Of a stretch of DNA of 55,653 nucleotides, positions 9,047 to 16,527 are shown piece after piece (the first letter of the stretch is position 1; every line of letters begins with the position of its first letter). Source of the stretch: Anaerolineales bacterium. GTDB lineage: Bacteria; Chloroflexota; Anaerolineae; Anaerolineales; E44-bin32. The stretch covers positions 1-55,653 of the forward strand of contig JBFYRF010000095.1 of assembly GCA_041302385.1 (NCBI GenBank), written 5' to 3'. Under the pieces are notes generated by a model. It saw nothing but the letters and a program-made list of their open reading frames with translations. It had not been told where the DNA came from and did no database searches. A program made the position numbers and the translations under genes.

Positions 9047-9337
9047 CTAGCGCCTGGGACGGTGGCCAGGATCCGCGCCGGGCGGCGCAGTCGCCGAGAA
9101 TCCGGGGACTGCGGCGCGTTGCAGCCCGTGGTAGAGCGCACATCCTGCGCAGAGCTCGAGGACCAAGTTGGCTGCCGCCAGAGCGATCACGATCCAGGCC
9201 AGCGAACAAGCGAACGCCGGCGCTCCGGCCGGGAACCCTGGCAGCGAAAGCGCAAGTGCGGCCGCGCCCGGTCCCTGGGCGAAACGGTGCGGTTGCGGAT
9301 GATCCTGTAACACCAGCGAACGCACCCAGCCGAGGGG
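9047..9337 (-). other. C-terminal half of a DUF4395-like membrane domain, in frame with the cysO fusion but separated from it by the TGA at 9338-9340
   Basis: Same reading frame as 9338..9796 (an offset of 291 nt, which is 97 codons). Encodes ..HPQPHRFAQGPGAAALAL...LELCAGCALYHG, the conserved second half of DUF4395. Confidence 0.6.
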
Positions 9338-9796
9338 TCACAGCCCGCCATAGATCGGCCGGAAGCTCGGCCGGGAAGCCAGCGCGCCAATCGTCAGGGT
9401 GGCTGCCACTGCGGCGAGCAGCCAGATGACATTGAGGACGTAGGCGGCGAGCAGGAGCACGATGATGATGGCCTGGCTGACTCTCCGGGTTGCATGGTCA
9501 ACCGACTGAAGCGGGGCGGCGTCAACGCCGCCGGCGATGCTCGGCACGATCATCATCCGGTCTCCGGCCGTCAGGGGCGTGGCACCGCCCTGCAGGCTGC
9601 GCACGTCCTGCTCGTTGACAAACAGGTTGACATACTGCCGCAGGGTCTCGGTCTCGTCATACAGATGGGGATTCAACGCCGGGAAGCGCTCGGTGAGAAC
9701 CTCCAGGGCGTGGTCTACGGAGACCGCGTCAAGCGTGACTTCCTTCTGGCCGTCGGCGTACGGGCGCAGCGCCGACGGGATGCGAACGGTGATCAT
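9338..9796 (-). CDS. cysO: CysO-like ubiquitin-fold sulfur carrier, fused beyond its Gly-Gly to the N-terminal half of a DUF4395-like membrane domain
   Basis: MITVRIPSALRPYADGQKEV..YVNLFVNEQDVRSL..GDRMMIVPSIAGG is colinear with mycobacterial CysO. No stop follows the GG, and the frame continues VD..TRRVSQAIIIVLLLAAYVLNVIWLLAAVAATL..RPIYGGL-TGA. The ATG overlaps the mec stop (ATGA). Confidence 0.8.
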   Translation of the reverse strand: MITVRIPSALRPYADGQKEVTLDAVSVDHALEVLTERFPALNPHLYDETETLRQYVNLFVNEQDVRSLQGGATPLTAGDRMMIVPSIAGGVDAAPLQSVDHATRRVSQAIIIVLLLAAYVLNVIWLLAAVAATLTIGALASRPSFRPIYGGL

Positions 9797-10233
9797 GATG
9801 CCTCCTCGGGCAGGATCTCCAACGGTTCTTGGACCATCTCGGCGCGGTCTTCGGTCAGCCGCCAGCAGCGGCTCTCGACGGCGCGGCCGGCCCGAACGCT
9901 GGTGATGACGTATGAGTAGAAGGGCAGAGCCCAATCCCGGTCGAACTCCGAGGGGCGGGGCGGATGATCGGGATGCGAGTGATAGACGCCCAGGATATCG
10001 AGGCCCAGGCGGTCGGCTTCGGCTTCGGCGCGCAGCATGTCGTCCGCCGCCAGGCGGTAGCGCCGGCCGCGCGCCGTGACTTCGAAGGAGTTTGCCAGCC
10101 GGAGCAGGCTTGACCCATGGCGGACGTCCCCCTGCAAGTGTCCCAGGATCAGTCCGGCGCCCTCTTCTGGATAGTGCGCCTGACCATCGTCCCAGATCCG
10201 CTGGAGCACCGATTGCGGCAGACAGAGAGTCAT
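9793..10233 (-). CDS. mec: JAMM/MPN+ zinc metalloprotease (Mec-like)
   Basis: Catalytic Glu (YPEEGAGLILG) and JAMM motif HSHPDHPPRPSEFD (HxHx7SxxD). 146 aa. ATGA overlaps with both cysM and cysO. Confidence 0.85.
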   Translation of the reverse strand: MTLCLPQSVLQRIWDDGQAHYPEEGAGLILGHLQGDVRHGSSLLRLANSFEVTARGRRYRLAADDMLRAEAEADRLGLDILGVYHSHPDHPPRPSEFDRDWALPFYSYVITSVRAGRAVESRCWRLTEDRAEMVQEPLEILPEEAS

Positions 10234-11180
10234 GATTCACTCCAGAAGGGGGCATCGAGGTACTTCCACCCCGAATCCGGAAACACGGCCGCCACCAACC
10301 CTCGCTCCAGCCTTTCGGCCACCTGGAAGGCGGCCACCGCCGCCGCGGCCGCCGATACTCCCACCAGCAGGCCTTCTTCGCGCGCCAGGCGGCGGGCCAT
10401 GGCATAGGCGGCTTCGGTGGAAACCGCCACGTGTTGGGTGGGCACACCCTCGTCGAAGATCGACGGAACGCGGCTCGAGGCAAGGTGCTTCAACCCCTCA
10501 AGCCCGTGCAGCGGGCCGTCGGGCTGGACGCTGATGCAGGCGATGCCCGGCACATGCTCGCGCAGGTAGCGCCCGGTGCCGGTCATCGTTCCGGTTGTGC
10601 CAAGCCCGGCGACGAAGTGCGTGATCTCGCCCTTCGTCTGCTGCAGCAGTTCCGGACCCGTGGTCTCGAAGTGCGCCCGCCAGTTGGCCGGGTTGCTGTA
10701 CTGGTCCAGGTACAGGTAGCGCCCGGGATTGGCTGTGGCCAGTTCGGCGGCGACGGCGCGGGCTCCTTCGGTGCCTTCGGTGGGATCGGTCAGCGTCAGC
10801 TCGACGCTGAACGCGCGCAGGATCTGCAGCCGCTCCCGACTGGCATTGGATGGGATTGCCAGGTGCAGGCGCAGGCCCAGGGCGGCGCCGTAGGTCGCGT
10901 AGGCGATGCCCATGTTGCCCGAGGTCGAGTCGAGCAGCACGGTCTCATCCGTGATTCGGTTTGATGCCATCGCTGCCTGCAGGATGGCCACGGCCGGGCG
11001 GTCCTTGACCGAACCGCCAGGGTTGAACCACTCCGCCTTGGCCATCACCCGCACCCCTGGCGCAAGCTCAGCGCCGAGCCGGTCCAGCGGCAACAGGGGC
11101 GTGTTGCCGACCCAGCGTGTCAGCTGCGCCGGCGCCGCCGGGGCGGGGAAGTGAGACTCGACGTACTGCGTTGCGTTCAT
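10230..11180 (-). CDS. cysM: cysteine synthase B-type PLP enzyme (CysM, probable CysO-thiocarboxylate-dependent)
   Basis: GNTPLLPL, PLP-lysine region NPGGSVKDRPA, SGNMG and GLGTTGT loops. Operon context with mec, cysO and moeZ. Confidence 0.85.
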   Translation of the reverse strand: MNATQYVESHFPAPAAPAQLTRWVGNTPLLPLDRLGAELAPGVRVMAKAEWFNPGGSVKDRPAVAILQAAMASNRITDETVLLDSTSGNMGIAYATYGAALGLRLHLAIPSNASRERLQILRAFSVELTLTDPTEGTEGARAVAAELATANPGRYLYLDQYSNPANWRAHFETTGPELLQQTKGEITHFVAGLGTTGTMTGTGRYLREHVPGIACISVQPDGPLHGLEGLKHLASSRVPSIFDEGVPTQHVAVSTEAAYAMARRLAREEGLLVGVSAAAAAVAAFQVAERLERGLVAAVFPDSGWKYLDAPFWSES

Positions 11181-11276
11181 CCGGAACTCCGGGAATACAG
11201 GACGGCCAACAGTGAGCAGGATGCGGCAATCCTCGTCCGCAGGGTCAGGCTGCTGCGGGGACGCCGTCCGCCATCT

Positions 11277-11386
11277 GTTGGTCGTCAGCCACCGCCGTTT
11301 CCGCCGGTGAGTTGCCAGCCTGGGTCATTTCACCCGAGCGGTACGGCGATCACCCCCGCCCGGGACATTTGCAGCTCATGACCAAC
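11277..11386 (-). promoter_or_regulatory. candidate SAM-I-clan (SAM-IV-like) riboswitch aptamer in the cysM leader
   Basis: Minus-strand RNA. P1 is GUUGGUC/GACCAAC. The 5' GGUCAUGAG is identical to the start of SAM-IV aptamers. There is a long P2 hairpin (CCCGGGCGG/CCGCUCGGG) with a UGAAAUGA internal loop, a conserved GGCAAC, and a P3 hairpin capped by a GAAA tetraloop. About 110 nt, about 95 nt upstream of the cysM ATG. Judged by eye only. Confidence 0.45.
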
Positions 11387-11412
11387 ACCGATTAACTAGA
11401 TATTTTTGATAC

Positions 11413-11441
11413 ATATTATTCAATTGTCGTTCCGCTGTCAA
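11413..11441 (-). promoter_or_regulatory. sigma-70-type promoter of the cysM operon (TTGACA-17 nt-TAATAT)
   Basis: The reverse complement gives TTGACA (11436-11441), a 17-nt spacer and TAATAT (11413-11418), inside the only AT-rich patch of this region. Confidence 0.6.
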
Positions 11442-12108
11442 GGGAGTGCCTTGCTTCACGGGCAGGGGCGGACCGGGCACAGGCTCGGGACAATGCGATC
11501 TGGGCATCGCGCCCGCGGACAGTCAATGGGTTCGCCACACGCCGGGGAGCCGCCGAGTCCTCCAGGACCTGCCGGGCCGACGCAATAGCTTGCAGGGTGG
11601 GGGGGCCGACCAGGCGCGTGCAGGGCAATGCAGTCCTGCTGCCGCGCCCCACCAGCCTGACGGTCGGGTCCCACACCTGCCGCGCTGAGCCATGCCTGCA
11701 CGGGGGCGCCGGTGGCGGGTGCCCGGCCGGGGAGCAGACTCCCTTTGTGGTCGCCTGGGCCGGGCGGCGCTCCCTTCTCCCCTTCGGTCACCCCCCTTGG
11801 TTGTGCCGCATCTCACGCCGTCCCCGGATGCCGGAGGCGGTGATCCGCTCGCCAGCGCTTGGGGAACCCGGCAAGCGGGGGTGAGGCAGTGTTCCAGTTC
11901 TCCGGCGAAATGCCAGGCTGCACCCAGCCATTCAGCCGCTTCTGACTGAAAACACCCTGGTTGGGCGTCAGCGGGGCAGGGCGGTAGAACGGGTCCGAGA
12001 TGGATCGCCCGGGCTGGTCCTGCCGGGCGACCGCCCCGACAATACCCCTGGCACGGGGCTTGCAGGCTCGGGGTGACTCGCGAGCCGGGGTGCACCCCGC
12101 TGCCCGCT

Positions 12109-12117
12109 TGCTATAAT
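12109..12117 (+). promoter_or_regulatory. extended -10 promoter (TGcTATAAT) for the amidase/L,D-transpeptidase genes
   Basis: TGCTATAAT lies 26 nt upstream of the ATG at 12143. Confidence 0.5.
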
Positions 12118-12142
12118 CGTTAACTGGAGACAGGGCACAGAC

Positions 12143-12973
12143 ATGTGGCGGTCAATCTTCCCGGGTACGGATCGGATCCAGCAGGAGCAGACGGCGCGCC
12201 TGGTTCTGCGCCACCTGTCGCTCACCCTGGGGGTGGCCTTCGTCCTGGCGACGGTGTTCACCGCCTGGACGCCGGCCAGCCTGAATCCCAGTGACCTGGT
12301 CGGCCAGCTCGTACTGGGCCTCGACCAGGAGCCGGGGCAGGCACCCGCCTCTGCCGTCAACCTGCCGGCCCTGTTCGGCCCGCAGGCGAGCATCGTCGGG
12401 ATCGTTGCCGGACACTCTGGCACTCATCCCGACTCGGGCCTGGAAGATCCGGGTGCGGTATGCCCCGACGGCCTGACGGAAGTCGAGGTCAATCGACAGA
12501 TCGCCAAGCTGGTTGTCCGGGGACTTGAGGCGGCGGGCATACCAGCCGAGCTGCTTGACGAGTGGGATGATCGGCTGGGCGGTTACCGGGCGGCGGCGCT
12601 GGTCTCCATCCATGCCGATGCCTGTGTGTGGGTCAATGAGCAGGCGACGGGCTACAAGGTGGCTGCCGCGCCGGATTCGCCGACGCCCGAGCGGGCGGCA
12701 CGCCTGGTCTCCTGCCTGGAGGACCGCTACGGGCGGACCACCGGGCTGCTCTTCCACCCGGGAAGCATCACGCGTGACATGACCGAATATCACTCGTTCT
12801 ATGAGATCCACGGCCAGACGCCGGCGGCGATCATCGAGACCGGCTTCCTGTACCTCGATCGCGAATTCCTGACCTCAAACCCCGAGCTCGCAGCCGACGG
12901 CATCGTCGACGGCATCCTGTGCTACTTGAACAACGAGCCAGTTGATCTGGACCCGGCGCAGCCCCAGCCATGA
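12143..12973 (+). CDS. N-acetylmuramoyl-L-alanine amidase (Amidase_3 family), membrane-anchored
   Basis: GIVAGHSG..DPGA...EVEVN..IA..., ALVSIHADA and AAIIETGFL match the AmiC/CwlD-type zinc amidase pattern. N-terminal TM segment. Confidence 0.8.
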   Translation: MWRSIFPGTDRIQQEQTARLVLRHLSLTLGVAFVLATVFTAWTPASLNPSDLVGQLVLGLDQEPGQAPASAVNLPALFGPQASIVGIVAGHSGTHPDSGLEDPGAVCPDGLTEVEVNRQIAKLVVRGLEAAGIPAELLDEWDDRLGGYRAAALVSIHADACVWVNEQATGYKVAAAPDSPTPERAARLVSCLEDRYGRTTGLLFHPGSITRDMTEYHSFYEIHGQTPAAIIETGFLYLDREFLTSNPELAADGIVDGILCYLNNEPVDLDPAQPQP

Positions 12974-13965
12974 CCCCATCGGAAACGAGTGGGCCTGACC
13001 TCGCCGCAGCGCTGGAGGCGGCCCGGCAGGCGCTAGAGCGGGGGGACAAGGCCACAGCCCGCCGCCAGGCCCGCCATGCCGCCGCGCTCGACCCACGTGC
13101 CGAAACGCCGTGGCTGTTCCTGGCGGCGGCGTCTGAGCCGCGGGCCGGATTGGCGTATGCCGCGCGGGCGCTGGAGCTCAACCCCAAGAGCCGCCCCGCC
13201 CGCAAGGCGATCCGCTGGCTGGTGCGGCGCCTGCCGCGCACCGAACAGAAGGCCGCCCTGCAGGAAGCCCGCATCCCGGAGGACCTGGCCCTCAGCATTC
13301 TGCCGATCGAGGCCCTCTCGGCCCGGCGCTGGCTCTCCCCGGCGGTGTTGCTGCCGGCACTGATTCTGGTGGGCGCCATGGCGCTCTGGTTGGGCGGGCA
13401 GCCGGTCGATGCGCGCCAGCCGCAACTGGCGCCGCCCCTGGCCGACAAGGCGACCCTCACCCCAACGCTTACGCCGACCTCGACCTTCACCCCGACACCG
13501 ACCGAAACGCCCACCCCCACGGTGACGCTCACGCCGACGATCACGCCCACGCCGAGCCCGCGGCCGGATGTATCGTGGGAGTACACCACTGACCCGAGCC
13601 AGCTGGCGGATGAAGGGCGCTGGATCAACGTTGACCTCGGGGCACAGCAGGTGACCGCGTATGAGGGCGCGACGGCGGTGCGCACTTTCGTCGTCTCGAC
13701 GGGCACCTGGCGCCATCCGACCCTCACCGGCCAGTTCCGCATCTACCTCAAGTACCGCTCCACACCGATGGCCGGTCCGGGCTACTACCTGCCGGGCGTG
13801 CCCTTCACCATGTACTACTACCGCGGGTATGCCGTGCATGGAACCTACTGGCACAACAACTTCGGCACGCCGATGAGCCATGGCTGTGTCAACCTGCGCA
13901 CGCCAGATGCCGAGTGGCTGTATGGGTTCGCCGACATCGGAACCCTGGTCAACGTCCACCCGTGA
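12970..13965 (+). CDS. L,D-transpeptidase (YkuD domain) with an N-terminal helical/TPR-like region, a TM segment and a Thr/Pro linker
   Basis: C-terminal YAVHGTYWHNNFGTPMSHGCVNL (the HG..SHGC catalytic motif). Linker TLTPTLTPTSTFTPTPTETPTPTVTLTPTITPTPSP. ATGA overlap with the amidase gene. Confidence 0.85.
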   Translation: MTPSETSGPDLAAALEAARQALERGDKATARRQARHAAALDPRAETPWLFLAAASEPRAGLAYAARALELNPKSRPARKAIRWLVRRLPRTEQKAALQEARIPEDLALSILPIEALSARRWLSPAVLLPALILVGAMALWLGGQPVDARQPQLAPPLADKATLTPTLTPTSTFTPTPTETPTPTVTLTPTITPTPSPRPDVSWEYTTDPSQLADEGRWINVDLGAQQVTAYEGATAVRTFVVSTGTWRHPTLTGQFRIYLKYRSTPMAGPGYYLPGVPFTMYYYRGYAVHGTYWHNNFGTPMSHGCVNLRTPDAEWLYGFADIGTLVNVHP

Positions 13966-14015
13966 CGGCGCGCAGCCTGCATCCCTGCCCGAGGCAAGAA
14001 CCCGAAACGCGCTCG

Positions 14016-15056
14016 ATGCTGGACGCCATCGACCTGCCTGAACCCCTGAGCCGGCGCGCCTTCCTGCAGGCGGCTGGCTTCGGCCTGCTGGCGCTGGGTG
14101 TACCGGTGGTGTGGCGCGGCAGGCCGCTGGGGCTGCCGGCCGGTCAGCTGGGCCGCGTCGCCGAGGCCAGGCTTGACGCCTATCGCGCCCCCTCCTTCGG
14201 GGCGCCCCGTGTCCGCAGCCTGGCGCGGGATGACCTGCTGGTGCTGGATGCGGCGGTCGTCGGCGATCGCTACCCCGAGCACAACCGGGTTTGGTACGAA
14301 GTTGGCCGCGTCGGCTTCGTCCACTCGGGCGGGATCCAGCCGGTGCGCAACGACCCGGCGGCCCCGGTGGCCGAAATCCCCTGGACCGGACTGCTGGCCG
14401 AGGTGTGCACGCCGTATGTCGACAGCCATCTCGAGCCCGACAGCAACTCCGCCCGCCAGTACCGCTACTACTTCGAGACCACTCACTGGGTGACCGGGGT
14501 GCATCGCGATGCTCACGGCCGGGAGTGGTATAGGATTTTCGACGACAAGCTGGAGCGGGAGTTCTTCGTCCGCGCCGAGAACCTGCGGCCGATCCCGTTG
14601 GCTGAGCTCATCCCGATCTCCTCCGAGGTCCCGGCAGACGACAAGCGCATCGAAGTCAGCATGGCGCAACAGTGGGTGCAGTGCTATGAAGGCAGCGACC
14701 TGGTGTTCTCCACCCGTGTCTCGACCGGCCAGCCAACCCGGGACAAGCGCTATGAGACGCCCCGTGGACGCTTCTCAATCAACCGCAAGCGTGCCTCACG
14801 GCATATGGCCGAGGGCAACCTGGCGACAGGGTATGACCTGCCTGGCGTGCCATGGGTAGCCTACCTGACTTCCGATGGGATCGCTTTCCATGGGACCTAC
14901 TGGCACAATGACTTCGGCGCGCCGCGCAGCCACGGGTGCGTCAACCTGACCCCGCAAGCCGCAAAATGGTTGTACCGCTGGACCCAGCCCGTGGTGCCGA
15001 TGCATGAGCAGCAGGTGTGGAGCGGAGACGGCACGCCGGTTCTCATCAAGATCTAA
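14016..15056 (+). CDS. L,D-transpeptidase (YkuD domain) with a twin-arginine signal
   Basis: Tat-like SRRAFLQAAGFGLLALG at the N-terminus. C-terminal IAFHGTYWHNDFGAPRSHGCVNL. Start at MLDAIDL (ATG 14016). The six-frame ORF begins at 13914 and overlaps the previous gene. Confidence 0.85.
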   Translation: MLDAIDLPEPLSRRAFLQAAGFGLLALGVPVVWRGRPLGLPAGQLGRVAEARLDAYRAPSFGAPRVRSLARDDLLVLDAAVVGDRYPEHNRVWYEVGRVGFVHSGGIQPVRNDPAAPVAEIPWTGLLAEVCTPYVDSHLEPDSNSARQYRYYFETTHWVTGVHRDAHGREWYRIFDDKLEREFFVRAENLRPIPLAELIPISSEVPADDKRIEVSMAQQWVQCYEGSDLVFSTRVSTGQPTRDKRYETPRGRFSINRKRASRHMAEGNLATGYDLPGVPWVAYLTSDGIAFHGTYWHNDFGAPRSHGCVNLTPQAAKWLYRWTQPVVPMHEQQVWSGDGTPVLIKI

Positions 15057-15076
15057 CGCAGCGACGCTAGAATCAC

Positions 15077-15553
15077 GTGAACTTGGAAGAGGTGCCGCTG
15101 GGTGCGGAGAAAGGCATTGGGATGATGGGTCACAAGGCGTTGTTCGAGGGCCTGGTGGTTGACGAGACCGAGCAGCCTGTCGCTGTGAAGATGGTGGGTG
15201 ATCAGGCGTTCTATGTCGTGGATGATGACGGTTTCCTGCGTCACATTGAGGGCGAAGGCATCGATCGCCAGGTTGTGGAGCAGCTGGTAGGGATGATTCA
15301 AGGCAACGAAGAGCTCATCGCGCGGGGCACCATGCAAATGATCGGGCAGGAGGACATCTTCACCAAGGCTGCCATCGAATCCTCGCTTCGCCAGGCGCCC
15401 GATCAGACCGATCTGCTCTTGCAGCAGGGCCTGCCCGAGGAGGCGCGCCTTTGGCTGGGGATGCTCGGCTTCCGCGTGGTGGTGGACCTGCACGGGACGG
15501 TGCTCCGCATCGATCAGCCCCAGGCGCCGGAGCCGCTGGATCCCCCAGAATAG
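15077..15553 (+). CDS. hypothetical acidic protein, no family recognised
   Basis: 158-aa ORF with coding-like composition. GTG at 15077 or ATG at 15122 as the start. No motif recognised. Confidence 0.5.
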   Translation: MNLEEVPLGAEKGIGMMGHKALFEGLVVDETEQPVAVKMVGDQAFYVVDDDGFLRHIEGEGIDRQVVEQLVGMIQGNEELIARGTMQMIGQEDIFTKAAIESSLRQAPDQTDLLLQQGLPEEARLWLGMLGFRVVVDLHGTVLRIDQPQAPEPLDPPE

Positions 15554-15690
15554 CGTCAGCCCTGCGCAGAATCTCTAAGGCGGACGGTTGTACAATTCTG
15601 TGACCCTCTCGGGGCTGCGGGCGGTCGGCCGCTTGGCCCCAGACGGCCGGGCAGGTGGCTGATAGCGGATCGCTGGCAGGAGGTTGGCGC

Positions 15691-16527
15691 GTGGGATTGT
15701 CCGAACACATCCAGGATGTCAACGAAAGCACATTCGAGCTGGACGTGCTGATGCGCTCGCACGAAGTCCCGGTGGTGGTGGATTTCTGGGCGCCCTGGTG
15801 CGGGCCCTGCCGCTCGCTTGGGCCGCTGCTGGAGCGGCTGGCGATCGAGGGCGGCGGGTCGTTCGTCCTGGCGAAGGTCAACGTGGATGATAACCCCGGC
15901 CTGGCGGTGCGCTACGGCGTGCAGGGGATCCCGGCGGTTAAGGGTTTCCGCAATGGGGAGATCTCGGGCGAGTTCGTCGGCGCTCAACCCGAAGGTGTGG
16001 TGCGCCGTTTCCTGGAGAAGCTGGCTCCCGGGGAAGCGCGGCAGCAATTGCAGGAAGCGAATGTGCTGTTGGGAACCCGTCACTGGGCGGAGGCTGAGAG
16101 TGCCTATCGGGGCGTGTTGGCGGAGTCCGAGGGTAACCCCGCTGCGGCGCTCGGGTTGGTGAAGTGCCTGATCCTGCTCGGCCGCGGCAAGGAAGCGCTG
16201 GAATTGCTGGCCGCCTTCCCGCCGGGCAACGAGTGGGCGGAGGCCGAGAAACTGCGGCCGCTGGCGCAACTCTTGGCCGATGTCGAGGGCAATGGCGAGC
16301 GGCCGGCGGACGATCCACTGTCGGCGCAGCTGTATCAATCGGCCCGCCTGCTGTCGCGCGGGAACCTCGAGGCCGGGATGGACGGGTTTCTCGACATCCT
16401 GCGCCAGGACAAGTACTTCCGCAAAGGATTGCCGAAGAACGTCTTGCTGTCGTTATTTGCCTTGCTCGGCGATGACGATCCACTGACGCGTCAGTACCGC
16501 GACGAGCTGGCCTCGATTCTGTTCTAG
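15691..16527 (+). CDS. thioredoxin domain (WCGPC) fused to a TPR-like C-terminal domain, YbbN/CnoX-like
   Basis: VVVDFWAPWCGPCRSL...GIPAVKGF, followed by a helical repeat region. GTG at 15691 is preceded by GGAGG. The ORF opens at 15655. Confidence 0.8.
   Translation: MGLSEHIQDVNESTFELDVLMRSHEVPVVVDFWAPWCGPCRSLGPLLERLAIEGGGSFVLAKVNVDDNPGLAVRYGVQGIPAVKGFRNGEISGEFVGAQPEGVVRRFLEKLAPGEARQQLQEANVLLGTRHWAEAESAYRGVLAESEGNPAAALGLVKCLILLGRGKEALELLAAFPPGNEWAEAEKLRPLAQLLADVEGNGERPADDPLSAQLYQSARLLSRGNLEAGMDGFLDILRQDKYFRKGLPKNVLLSLFALLGDDDPLTRQYRDELASILF

Noticed and set aside
11390-11430. The AT-rich patch as a dif/XerCD site or a DnaA-box cluster (also TGTGGATTA at about 3730)
   Set aside because: There is no 11-6-11 XerC/XerD arm structure. 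Only single, imperfect DnaA-box-like strings occur. The patch is better explained by the divergent promoter elements.
11523-12095. 190-aa minus-strand ORF in the cysM-amidase spacer
   Set aside because: Its composition is dominated by Arg, Pro, Gly and Ala. It has no hydrophobic core pattern, no SD and no motif. The region is treated as non-coding.
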